64,000 nucleotides of DNA from Thermoanaerobaculia bacterium (GTDB taxonomy: Bacteria; Acidobacteriota; Thermoanaerobaculia; Gp7-AA8). The first letter of the stretch is position 1; the number at the start of each line of letters is the position of its first letter. Of this stretch, positions 38,884 to 47,497 are shown in pieces. A program made the translations under genes and the position numbers. The stretch spans positions 30,989 to 94,988 of the forward strand of contig JADGNZ010000005.1 in NCBI GenBank assembly GCA_017883205.1, in the 5' to 3' direction. Below the pieces are notes generated by a model. The model did no database searches, was not told where the DNA came from, and was given only the letters and a program-made list of their open reading frames with translations.

Positions 38884-40832
38884 GCGCGCTCCTCGTGCTC
38901 GCCGGCGTTGCCCTTTGCATGGCCAGCGGCCTTCCCTCACTTGCGACGCGCCGTGCCAGCGCCGCAACGACGGTGATCATCGTCGCCGGCGGCCTGACAG
39001 GTCTCATCGGCGCGGTGCTTGGTCTTACAGGCGGCCCCACCGAGCTCTCGCTCCCCTGGCACATTCCCGGCGGTGCGGTGGCGATTCGCATCGATGCGCT
39101 CTCCGCGTTTTTCGCAGCCCCGGTCTTTCTGCTCGCTGCTGCGGGTGGTCTCTACGCCGATCGCTACTGGCCAGCCGCTCGAACGCGCGCGGGCTACGTT
39201 CGGGCGTTCTTCGGGATCATGACCGGAGCGTTAGCGCTGCTCATGTGCGCCGCGAACACGATTCTCTTTCTGGCCGCGTGGGAGATCGTGGCGGTGTCTT
39301 CCTTCTTTCTCATCGCCACCGAGCACGAGCAGGCAGTGAGCCGGAGCGCCGCGTGGATCTACGTTGCGGCGAGCCATGTGGCAACGCTTGCACTCTTCGC
39401 GATCGTGGCACTTCTCCATGCCGTCACGCACAACTGGGCGTTCGTCCCGCTTCCGCACGGGACAGGCGCGCTTCCGATCGGACATGCGCTGCTGGGCCTT
39501 GCGTTCGTCGCATTCGGCATCAAGGCAGGCCTCATGCCTTTTCACATCTGGCTGCCCGGCGCGCACGCGGCTGCGCCCAGTCACGTCTCCGCCGTGATGT
39601 CCGGCGTGGCGATCAAAATGGGCGTGTACGGGCTCGTGCGCGTGCTCTCGCTCTTCGACGCAGTGCCCTCTGCGTTCGGTACGACGCTGCTGCTGGCCGG
39701 AATCGCGTCGAGCATTCTCGGCGTGGCGTTTGCGCTCGCGCAGCACGACCTCAAGCGTCTGCTCGCTTATCACAGCATCGAGAACATCGGGATCATCGTG
39801 ACCGGGCTCGGGATCGGCGTGCTCGCGCAGGCCCACGGCCAGCCGTTCCTGGCGCTTCTCGGCTACGCAGGCGCGCTGCTCCACGTCTGGAACCACGGCC
39901 TCTTCAAAGCGCTGCTTTTCCTCAGCGCCGGTGCGGCGATTCACGGCGCGCACACGCGCGAGATCGATCGCATGGGCGGCCTGGCGCGACGGATGCCGTG
40001 GACGGCCGCGGCCTTCCTCATTGGCGCCGTGGCGATCACCGGACTTCCACCGCTGAACGGTTTCGTGAGCGAGTGGCTTTTGTACGTCGCGGGCTTTACC
40101 AGCATCACACGGACGCCGCACGGCGGGCCGGTGCTCCTTCTCGTCCTCGTCGTCCCGGCCCTGGCGCTCACCGGCGCGCTCGCGCTGGCGTGCTTCGTCA
40201 AGGCATTCGGTGCCGTTTTTCTCGGCACGCCGCGCTCTGCGGCCGCCGCCGATGCGCATGAGGTTCCGTTCGCGATGCGTGTAGCGATGGTGCCGCTCAT
40301 TCTCGGCTGCGCCGCGATCGGCCTCGTGCCCGCGCTCTTCGCGCCGCTGCTTAGCAGCGCTGTTCATGCCGCGGCGCCGCGACTGATGACGACAGTAACG
40401 TTGACCGCGCTGCTGCAACCGATCCAGATGCCGGCGCTCATCGTCATGGCAGCCGGCATCGCCGCGGTCCTCATCCTGCTCGCTGCAACCCGGCGCGCGG
40501 CCCCGGCATTGACGTGGGACTGCGGCTACGCGGCGCCAACGGCGCGCATGCAATACACGGCGTCATCGGCCGCGCGCGGACTGGTGGGTTTCTTCGCCTG
40601 GGCCATGCCGCCGGTCATCCATGCGCCGCAACCGTTTCCGCTCTTCCCTTCCGCGGCGGCGTTCGAGAGCCACGTTCCGGACACGGTTCTTGATCGAGTA
40701 CTTTTGCCGGTGCTCCGCAGAGCGCGATGGGTGCTCAGTTTTGCGCGCTACTTCCAGCACGGCCGCATGCAGATCTATCTCGTGTATCTCGGGGTCACGC
40801 TCGTCGTGCTCCTGGCCTGGAGTGCCCAATGA
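38880..40832 (+). CDS. Second NuoL/HyfB(HyfD)-family antiporter-like membrane subunit
   Basis: Paralogous to the previous gene (WLPGAHAAAPSHVSAVMSGVAIKMGVYGLVR; LLHVWNHGLFKALLFL). Start set to GTG 38880 (GTGA overlap with the previous stop), in frame with the track ORF. Confidence 0.8.
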   Translation: MSALLVLAGVALCMASGLPSLATRRASAATTVIIVAGGLTGLIGAVLGLTGGPTELSLPWHIPGGAVAIRIDALSAFFAAPVFLLAAAGGLYADRYWPAARTRAGYVRAFFGIMTGALALLMCAANTILFLAAWEIVAVSSFFLIATEHEQAVSRSAAWIYVAASHVATLALFAIVALLHAVTHNWAFVPLPHGTGALPIGHALLGLAFVAFGIKAGLMPFHIWLPGAHAAAPSHVSAVMSGVAIKMGVYGLVRVLSLFDAVPSAFGTTLLLAGIASSILGVAFALAQHDLKRLLAYHSIENIGIIVTGLGIGVLAQAHGQPFLALLGYAGALLHVWNHGLFKALLFLSAGAAIHGAHTREIDRMGGLARRMPWTAAAFLIGAVAITGLPPLNGFVSEWLLYVAGFTSITRTPHGGPVLLLVLVVPALALTGALALACFVKAFGAVFLGTPRSAAAADAHEVPFAMRVAMVPLILGCAAIGLVPALFAPLLSSAVHAAAPRLMTTVTLTALLQPIQMPALIVMAAGIAAVLILLAATRRAAPALTWDCGYAAPTARMQYTASSAARGLVGFFAWAMPPVIHAPQPFPLFPSAAAFESHVPDTVLDRVLLPVLRRARWVLSFARYFQHGRMQIYLVYLGVTLVVLLAWSAQ

Positions 40833-41728
40833 CCGCTGTTCTGCAACTCCTCGTCGTCGTTCTCACAGCGCCACTGCTGCTCGGAGTCATCACCAGGACC
40901 AAGTCTCTGGTGGCAGGGCGGAGCGGGCCGCCCCTCCTGCAGGCGTATTACGACCTCGGGAAACTGCTCCGCAAGGACTCGGTCCTCAGCAGTACGACAA
41001 CGTGGGTGTTCCTGGCCGGTCCCGCGGTCGCTGTGGTCGCGCCACTTCTGGCGTCGCTGCTGCTGCCGCTGGCCGGGCCGCGCGCGCCGCTTGCGTTTAC
41101 GGGCGATCTCATCCTGTTCGTCTACCTCTTCGCGCTTTCGCGTTTCTTCACGACGGCGGCAGCGCTCGACACCGGCTCCGCATTCGAAGGCATGGGTGTT
41201 GCGCGCGAGCTAACCTTCGCAGCGCTGGCGGAACCGGCGCTTTTCTTTGGACTGCTGGCGCTGGCGCGCATCTCAGGCTCGCTGTCGCTTTCTTCGCTGC
41301 TCACCGTCGACGGCGCCAGTTGGCACCGCGCCAGCGCCGCGCTCGTATTGATCATCGCGAGCTGGTTCATCGTGCTCCTCGCTGAAAACTCGCGCGTGCC
41401 GTTCGACGATCCGAACACGCACCTCGAGCTCACGATGATTCACGAGGTGATGGTGCTCGATCACAGCGGCCCCGCCTTTGGCCTCATTCTCTACGGCAGC
41501 GCACTGAAGCTGTTCGTGTTCAGTGCACTGATCGCTGACGTGGTGCTGCCGCGGACCGGAATCTCGCTCGCCGATGCGGCCGCGACGCTCGGTGCGGTGC
41601 TCGTCATCGGCGTCGTCGTCGGACTGGTCGAGAGCAGCATGGCGCGCCTGCGGCTCGTGCGTGTGCCGCAACTTCTCATCGCCGCAAGCCTCGTTGCGGG
41701 CTTCGCCGTCGTGCTCGTTCTGAGGTGA
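40829..41728 (+). CDS. NuoH / HyfC / HycD-like membrane subunit
   Basis: ATGA overlap. ~300-aa polytopic protein with NuoH-like segments (LLQAYYDLGKLLRKD; VPFDDPNTHLELTMIHEVMVLDHSGP). Confidence 0.85.
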   Translation: MTAVLQLLVVVLTAPLLLGVITRTKSLVAGRSGPPLLQAYYDLGKLLRKDSVLSSTTTWVFLAGPAVAVVAPLLASLLLPLAGPRAPLAFTGDLILFVYLFALSRFFTTAAALDTGSAFEGMGVARELTFAALAEPALFFGLLALARISGSLSLSSLLTVDGASWHRASAALVLIIASWFIVLLAENSRVPFDDPNTHLELTMIHEVMVLDHSGPAFGLILYGSALKLFVFSALIADVVLPRTGISLADAAATLGAVLVIGVVVGLVESSMARLRLVRVPQLLIAASLVAGFAVVLVLR

Positions 41729-42369
41729 ACCTGATGCCGCCGATTGCCGACTCCATTCTGATCCTTCTCCTTCTCACGAACTTCTTCATTCTCGGGACGG
41801 CCAATCTCCGTTCCGCGATCCGCGGTGTCGCGCTGCAGGGTCTGCTGCTCGGTGTGCTCCCGTTCTTCGTCGAATCGCATGCAACCGTCCGGCTGGTGCT
41901 GCTCGTCATCGCAACGATGGCGATCAAGGGCGTCGTCATCCCAGGGCTTCTGATGAAGGCACTGCGCGACGTCCATATCCGCCACGAAGTCGAGCCGTAC
42001 CTCGGGTTCGTGCCGACCCTCTTTCTTTGTGCCGCCGGCACCGCTCTGGCGCTCCTGTTCGCGGATCACCTGCCGCTCGCGGCCGCCGACCGCACGGGCC
42101 TTTTCGTTCCGGCCTCGCTGGCCACGCTGTTCTCGGGCTTTCTCGGTCTCACCACGCGCCGCAAGGCCATCTCGCAAGTCACCGGCTACCTCGTTCTCGA
42201 GAATGGGATCTACGTCTTCGGCCTGCTGCTGTATCAATCGATGATGGTCGAAGTCGGCGTTCTGCTCGATCTCCTCGTCGGCATCTTCGTGATGGGGATC
42301 GTCCTCAACCACATTCAACGCGAGTTTTCATCGCTCGATACCGAACGTCTGTCGCGCCTCAGGGAGTAA
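41725..42369 (+). CDS. HyfE-like (hydrogenase-4 component E family) small membrane subunit
   Basis: 214-aa hydrophobic protein in the canonical position between the NuoH-like and NuoN-like genes of hyf-type operons. Confidence 0.7.
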   Translation: MNLMPPIADSILILLLLTNFFILGTANLRSAIRGVALQGLLLGVLPFFVESHATVRLVLLVIATMAIKGVVIPGLLMKALRDVHIRHEVEPYLGFVPTLFLCAAGTALALLFADHLPLAAADRTGLFVPASLATLFSGFLGLTTRRKAISQVTGYLVLENGIYVFGLLLYQSMMVEVGVLLDLLVGIFVMGIVLNHIQREFSSLDTERLSRLRE

Positions 42370-42371
42370 GG

Positions 42372-43802
42372 ATGGCCATGTACCTCATCGTCGTACCGCT
42401 GATCGGCGCGCTGGCCGCGTTCCTGCTCCCCTCGGACCGTCCGCGGCCGTGGATCGTTGCGGCGTTCGCGGTGCTCCATCTGGTGCTCGCGGCGGCGGTG
42501 ACCGCGGAAGGCGAGACGGGTCTGGCCTCGGATTGGTTCCGCTTCGATGCCCTCGGCCGGCTCGTGCTCATCGTTGTGTCGTCACTCTTCTGCATCTGTG
42601 CTCTCTACTGCATCGGGTATCTCCGGCTCCGTTCAAACCGGCCGAATCGCATCTTCTGCACGGCGCTGCTCTTCTTCCTGGCGATGACGAGCCTCGTCGC
42701 ACTCGCGCAGCACCTCACAATCCTCTGGGTGGCGATGGAGGCCACAACACTCGCCACGGCCGTGCTCCTCTACTTCAACCAGAACCAGCGATCGCTGGAA
42801 GCGACCTGGAAGTACCTGATGATCGGCTCCGTAGGAATCGCCCTCGCGCTCCTCGGTACGCTGTTCCTCGCCTACGGTGCGCGCCTCGGACTCGGTGAGC
42901 CGACGCTTCTCTTCTCGGACCTCGTCAAGGGCGCGAAGCACCTTCCGGGCGCATGGGTAAGGACTGCGTTTGTCTTTCTCCTCGTCGGCTACGGTACGAA
43001 GATGGGACTTGCGCCACTCCACACCTGGAAGCCGGATGCATATGGCGAAGCGCCCGGTGTAGTGGGTGCGCTTCTCGCGGGAGGAATGACGACATGCGCG
43101 TTCCTCGCGCTGCTCCGGGTCTACCGCATCACGGACGCTGCTGGGCAGGGAGTCTTCGCCCGCGAGCTTCTCGTCGTCTTCGGCCTGCTCTCGATGGCCA
43201 CCGCCGCGGCATTCATGGTCGGCCAGCGCGATTTCAAGCGCCTCCTTGCGTACTCCAGCGTCGAGCACATGGGTATCCTCGTGCTCGGGATCGGACTCGG
43301 CGGCGCCGGGATTTTTGCGGCGCTCCTGCACACGGTCAACAACGCGCTCACGAAGGGCGTGCTCTTCCTGGCGGCGGGAAACATCCATCGCGCCTTCAAG
43401 AGCAAGCGGCTGGAAGACGTGACGGGTGCCCTGCGGCGCTTGCCGATTTCGGCCGGTCTTTTTCTCGCCGGCTTCTTCGCCATTACCGGCTCGCCTCCGT
43501 TCGGACCGTTCGTCAGTGAGCTGTCGATCCTGACCGCCGCGATGGATACCCGCCGCTACATCGTTGGTGCGCTCTATCTGATTCTTCTCGCGGTCATCTT
43601 CATCGGGATGGGAAGCACGGTTCTCGCGGTCGTGCAGGGCGAGCCGCCGGAGGACACCGAAGGACGCAGCTTCCGCGAGTCTGCATTCAAGACAGTTCCC
43701 ATCATCGTAAGCCTCGCGCTCGTGGTCATGATGGGCGTATGGATTCCGTCGTGGATCCTGACACTCCTCCACGCCGCAGCGCGTCTGCTGGGAGGCTCCT
43801 GA
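42372..43802 (+). CDS. NuoN/NuoM / HyfF-family antiporter-like membrane subunit
   Basis: Start ATG 42372 with GGAGTAAGG upstream (the track ORF begins at 42027 in junk). Motifs TWKPDAYGEAPGVVGALLAGG, LLAYSSVEHMGILVLGIGLGG. Confidence 0.85.
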   Translation: MAMYLIVVPLIGALAAFLLPSDRPRPWIVAAFAVLHLVLAAAVTAEGETGLASDWFRFDALGRLVLIVVSSLFCICALYCIGYLRLRSNRPNRIFCTALLFFLAMTSLVALAQHLTILWVAMEATTLATAVLLYFNQNQRSLEATWKYLMIGSVGIALALLGTLFLAYGARLGLGEPTLLFSDLVKGAKHLPGAWVRTAFVFLLVGYGTKMGLAPLHTWKPDAYGEAPGVVGALLAGGMTTCAFLALLRVYRITDAAGQGVFARELLVVFGLLSMATAAAFMVGQRDFKRLLAYSSVEHMGILVLGIGLGGAGIFAALLHTVNNALTKGVLFLAAGNIHRAFKSKRLEDVTGALRRLPISAGLFLAGFFAITGSPPFGPFVSELSILTAAMDTRRYIVGALYLILLAVIFIGMGSTVLAVVQGEPPEDTEGRSFRESAFKTVPIIVSLALVVMMGVWIPSWILTLLHAAARLLGGS

Positions 43803-43803
43803 G

Positions 43804-45312
43804 ATGAACAGAACCTTCCTCACACGGCGGAATGCGGAACCGGCAGCGCTTGCTGATGTGCCGCTCGTTCAGATCGACGTGTTCCGCACGGCGGTCCTTG
43901 ATGCCGTCCGCGACGAGTGCCGCGTCGTCTCTTTTTTTGCGCGGGAGGTTGTGGATGCGATCGAACTGGTCGCGGTTCTCGCGGATGAAACCACGAGCGA
44001 GCTCGGTTTCGTGCGCTCCCGCATCAACGAGGACCGCTTCGAGTCGCTCACGCCGGAGTGTCCGCAGGTCCAACTCTTCGAGCGCGAGATCGCCGAACAA
44101 TTTGGCATAGAACCGGCCGGTCATCCGTGGCTGAAACCCGTTCGCTTCCAACAGTCGTGGAGGCCGGGGCACAGCGTCTTCGGCGAGACGCTGCCTGGCG
44201 TGACCGACTTCTTCCGCGTCGAAGGCGACGAAATCCACGAGGTTGCGGTAGGACCGGTCCACGCGGGGGTCATCGAGCCGGGCCACTTCCGCTTCCAATG
44301 CCACGGCGAGCATGTTTTCCACCTCGAGACCGCCCTCGGTTACCAGCACCGCGGTATCGAACGCGCTCTCATCGGCGGGCCGTCCGCGAAGACGATTCAC
44401 TACATGGAAACCGCCGCCGGCGACTCAACGATTGGCCACACGCTCGCGTACGCGCAAGCGGTCGAAGCGCTGACTGGCACGCGCGTGCCCGCCCGGGCCC
44501 AGGTACTGCGCGGAATCGCGCTCGAGCTCGAACGGCTCGCCAATCACACAGGCGACCTCGGTGCACTCAGCGGTGATGTCGCCTATCTGCCGGCCGCTGC
44601 GGCCTGCGGGCGCACACGCGGCGACTACCTGAACCTCACCGCGGAGCTCTGCGGCTCGCGCTTCGGCCGAGGTTTCGTGCGCCCGGGCGGCGTGCTCTTC
44701 GACCTTCCTGCCGATCGCATCGACGCCCTCACGGAGCGCTTGCAGGCTGCGACACGGGACACCGTCGATTCGGCCGCGCTCCTCTGGACCACACCGAGCG
44801 TCATCGAGCGCTTCGAGAACACAGGGACGATCGACACCGATGTCTGCGACGAGATCGGGATGGTGGGAGTGCCGGCGCGTGCCTGCGGACGAGGGATCGA
44901 TGTCCGGCACGATTTCCCCTTCGGCGTCTATCGCTTCGTCCACATCCCGGTGATGACCGCGTATCACGGTGACGTCAACTCACGGGCGTTCGTTCGTTGG
45001 TTGGAACTGCAGCGTTCCGCCGATTTCGTCGCCCAGCAGATGCATAGGCTCCCGGCGACGCCGGTCCGCGCGGATGTCGCAGCGTCGCTCGCGCCGGACT
45101 CGATCGTCGCATCGCTCACGGAGGGGTGGCGCGGCGAGATCTGCCACGTGGCGATCACCGATGCCGAGGGGCGATTCGCGCGATACAAGATCACGGACCC
45201 CTCGTTCCACAACTGGTTCGGTGTGGCGCTGGCGCTTCGCAACGGCCAGATCTCCGACTTCCCGCTCTGCAACAAGAGCTTCAACCTCTCGTACTGCGGA
45301 CACGACTTGTGA
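43804..45312 (+). CDS. Fused NuoC(30 kDa)/NuoD(49 kDa)-like 'large subunit' homologous to group-4 [NiFe]-hydrogenase HycE/HyfG but lacking the NiFe-ligating CxxC pairs (Ehr-type)
   Basis: 502 aa. Conserved 49-kDa segments (GPVHAGVIEPGHFRF, ETALGYQHRGIE, HTLAYAQAVEAL). The N-terminal L1 position reads ETAAGDSTIGH instead of R-x-C-G-x-C-x3-H. The C-terminus reads DFPLCNKSFNLSYCGHDL instead of D-P-C-x-x-C. No CxxC pair anywhere. Confidence 0.85.
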   Translation: MNRTFLTRRNAEPAALADVPLVQIDVFRTAVLDAVRDECRVVSFFAREVVDAIELVAVLADETTSELGFVRSRINEDRFESLTPECPQVQLFEREIAEQFGIEPAGHPWLKPVRFQQSWRPGHSVFGETLPGVTDFFRVEGDEIHEVAVGPVHAGVIEPGHFRFQCHGEHVFHLETALGYQHRGIERALIGGPSAKTIHYMETAAGDSTIGHTLAYAQAVEALTGTRVPARAQVLRGIALELERLANHTGDLGALSGDVAYLPAAAACGRTRGDYLNLTAELCGSRFGRGFVRPGGVLFDLPADRIDALTERLQAATRDTVDSAALLWTTPSVIERFENTGTIDTDVCDEIGMVGVPARACGRGIDVRHDFPFGVYRFVHIPVMTAYHGDVNSRAFVRWLELQRSADFVAQQMHRLPATPVRADVAASLAPDSIVASLTEGWRGEICHVAITDAEGRFARYKITDPSFHNWFGVALALRNGQISDFPLCNKSFNLSYCGHDL

Positions 45313-45498
45313 GGCAGAAGGATGAGGGCAGAAGGATGAAGGATGAAGTACGAAAAGAGCTTTCACGATTTGGTTTGGGAAATGCGAAAAACGAGGACAG
45401 AAATGAGATTTCGTAAGCTGGGCAGCCATTCATCCTTCATCCCTCATCCTTCATCCTTCAATTCTCATCCTCCATCCTTCATCCTTCATCCTTCTGCC
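45312..45498. repeat. Intra-operon inverted repeat (GAGGGCAGAAGGATGAAGGATGAAG ... CTTCATCCTTCATCCTTCTGCCCTC) enclosing ~100 bp, with tandem heptamers (AAGGATG / CATCCTT)n on each arm
   Basis: Read directly at 45312-45349 and 45432-45498. The arms are reverse complements over >=22 bp. Positioned between the large-subunit stop and the ferredoxin/NuoB-like start (ATG 45504), which lacks a Shine-Dalgarno. Confidence 0.75.
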
Positions 45499-45503
45499 CT
45501 CCC

Positions 45504-46292
45504 ATGTTGAAAGCACTGCTCACACGAGCGCGACAGGGCCATCGGACGATGCGCTATCCCGACGGGCCGGCGCCCCCCCTGCCGGCGCACTTCCGCGGTG
45601 TGCCGCGCATCGATCCCACCCGTTGTCCGGACGGGTGCCGCGTCTGCGCCGATGCCTGTCCGACGAACGCCATCACGGTCGCCGGCGGCACCGTTGCCCT
45701 CGATCTCGGACTTTGCATCTTCTGCCCGGAATGCGAGACGGCCTGTCCTGAGGGTGCGATCACGTTCACCGATGACTATCGCCTCGCCGCGCGCACGCGC
45801 GCCGATCTGCACCTTCTCGCGGGAGAGGAGCGGAGGCTCGCCGATGCACTCGACGCGAAGCTCCGGCGTTTGTTCGGACGCTCCCTCAAGCTCCGCGTCG
45901 TGAGTGCCGGCGACTGCAATGGCTGCGCGTCCGACGTCAACGTCCTCGGCACGATCGGCTGGGACATCGGCCGCTTCGGCATCCAGTACGTCGCCTCGCC
46001 GCGGCATGCGGACGGGATCATCATCGTGGGACCGGTCACGGAGAACATGCGGCTGGCGCTACGCAAGACGTACGACGCCATTCCCGCCCCGAAGATCGTG
46101 ATCGCGATCGGCGCATGCGCAATTTCCGGCGGCATCTACGCCGGTCATCCCGAACAGCAGGACGGCGTGGAAAGCATGCTCCCCGTCGATCTCTTCATCC
46201 CCGGCTGTCCGCCGCATCCCCTCACCATCCTCGACGGATTCCTCCGGCTCCTCGGGCGGATTGAGGGTGTCACCCACGGTGGACAGTCCTAA
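45504..46292 (+). CDS. Fusion of 2x[4Fe-4S] ferredoxin (NuoI/HycF-like) and NuoB/HycG-like small subunit (N2-type cluster ligands retained)
   Basis: CPDGCRVCADACP and CIFCPECETACP. Then GDCNGCASD...GACAISGG...PGCPPHP (NuoB/hydrogenase small-subunit signature). Confidence 0.85.
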   Translation: MLKALLTRARQGHRTMRYPDGPAPPLPAHFRGVPRIDPTRCPDGCRVCADACPTNAITVAGGTVALDLGLCIFCPECETACPEGAITFTDDYRLAARTRADLHLLAGEERRLADALDAKLRRLFGRSLKLRVVSAGDCNGCASDVNVLGTIGWDIGRFGIQYVASPRHADGIIIVGPVTENMRLALRKTYDAIPAPKIVIAIGACAISGGIYAGHPEQQDGVESMLPVDLFIPGCPPHPLTILDGFLRLLGRIEGVTHGGQS

Positions 46293-46427
46293 TAGCACCG
46301 GCATAGGTGTGCCCCCAGGGACACTCGGCTGGGAATAGACGAATCACGATATCTCGTAACTTATTGATTCCACGTCGTATTTTTACCGAAAACGAACCCT
46401 GACCAGGAGGCAGCGAAGAAGCGATCT

Positions 46428-46715
46428 TCTTCTCGCAAGAAGCCGCGGACTTCTCGCAAGAAGCCGCGGACTTCTCGCAAGAAGCCGCGGACTTCTCGCA
46501 AGAAGCCCTGGTACTTCTCGCAAGAAGCCGCGGACTTCTCGCAAGAAGCCGCGGACTTCTCGCAAGAAACACCGGGACTTCTCGCAAGAAGTCGCGGACT
46601 TCTCGCAAGAACCCCCGGACTTCTCGCAAGAAGCCGCGGACTTCTCGCAAGAAACACCGGGACTTCTCGCAAGAAACTCGGGGCTTCTCGCAAGAGACCC
46701 GGGACTTCTCAGCCG
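46428..46715. repeat. Tandem array of ~13 contiguous 21-22-bp direct repeats (consensus CTTCTCGCAAGAAGCCGCGGA; core near-palindrome TTCTCGCAAGAA), iteron-like; not CRISPR (no spacers)
   Basis: Counted directly. Units 1-3, 5, 6, 10 match the consensus. The others are variants (..GCCCTGGTA, ..AACACCGGGA, ..GTCGCGGA, ..CCCCCGGA, ..AACTCGGGG, ..GACCCGGGA). Confidence 0.85.
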
Positions 46716-46775
46716 CGCCTTAGCCGCATTGGCGATCACGATTCTGAGTTGTGTCACCGTGCGAGCCAGGGACGC

Positions 46776-46842
46776 GAGGATCCCCTCACCATCCTCGACG
46801 GATTCCTTCGGCTCCTCGGCCGCATCGAGGGTGGCGCCAAGG
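46776..46842 (+). repeat. Degenerate (~85% identical) duplicate of the last ~65 bp of the ferredoxin/NuoB-like gene (compare 46226-46292); with the first copy it brackets the tandem array
   Basis: ATCCCCTCACCATCCTCGACGGATTCCT(T/C)CGGCTCCTCGG(C/G)C... seen at both sites. Confidence 0.7.
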
Positions 46843-46873
46843 TGATTCGTAGGAGTCGGGATAGAATTGCTGG

Positions 46874-47449
46874 ATGCTCGAAGCGCACAGGCTCCATCGC
46901 TACACCTACGCCGAGTACGTAGCGCTCGAGATGATCTCCGCCGAAAAGCACGAGTTTCTGGACGGCGAAATCTACGCGATGGCTGGTGGTTCGGAGGAAC
47001 ACTCCGCTCTGGCGGCAGAGATGGTTCACGCACTCGTGAACGCCGTCGGCGATGGTCCCTGCCGCGTCCACACCTCGGACCTGCGGATCTTTGTTGAATC
47101 TGTTGGCCTGGCGACGTTTCCCGATTGCTCGGTAGTCTGCGGCCCGCTGCTGCAGCACCAGCCCAGCCCGAAGGCGACGGCGCTCAATCCAACGATTCTC
47201 GTCGAGGTGACCAGTGACTCATCGGAAGAGTACGACAGAGGGCTGAAACTCGAGTACTACCGCACGATCCCAACCCTGCGCGAATACGTAATCGTGTCGC
47301 ATCGCGAGCGGCGGATCGTCGTCGAAACGCGCGGAAACGACGGCACGTGGACTACGCGCGAAGCGATGAAGGGAGAGCGGATCAACGTCGCCTCTCAGGA
47401 CGCCGAGATCATCGTCGACGAGATTTACCGCCACAGTTCGGTGCGGTGA
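46874..47449 (+). CDS. Uma2-family (DUF820) putative endonuclease, second copy
   Basis: MLEAHRLHRYTYAEYVALEMISAEKHEFLDGEIYAMAGGSEEHSALAAEMV... family-typical, 191 aa. Confidence 0.8.
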   Translation: MLEAHRLHRYTYAEYVALEMISAEKHEFLDGEIYAMAGGSEEHSALAAEMVHALVNAVGDGPCRVHTSDLRIFVESVGLATFPDCSVVCGPLLQHQPSPKATALNPTILVEVTSDSSEEYDRGLKLEYYRTIPTLREYVIVSHRERRIVVETRGNDGTWTTREAMKGERINVASQDAEIIVDEIYRHSSVR

Positions 47450-47497
47450 TACCCAACCGTATCCCAACTCGATGGAAGCTCGACGGCCGGGCGCTGA

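Noticed and set aside
37126-43823. Minus-strand ORFs 37126..37647, 37663..38391, 39231..40553, 41491..42318, 42633..43823 and plus-strand 38915..40261
   Set aside because: They are antisense or off-frame to the antiporter-like membrane subunits. Charged, Arg/Glu/Asp-rich sequence is incompatible with that locus and has no family signal.
43804-45312. Calling the NuoCD-like subunit a bona fide [NiFe]-hydrogenase large subunit
   Set aside because: No CxxC pair at either the N-terminal (L1) or C-terminal (L2) position and no maturation genes; it is called Ehr-type instead.
46428-46715. The 21-bp tandem array as a CRISPR array
   Set aside because: The repeats are directly contiguous with no spacers, the units are degenerate, and no cas genes or leader are nearby. 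The ORFs through it (46270..46650, 46361..46693, 46383..47033) are repeat-translation artefacts.
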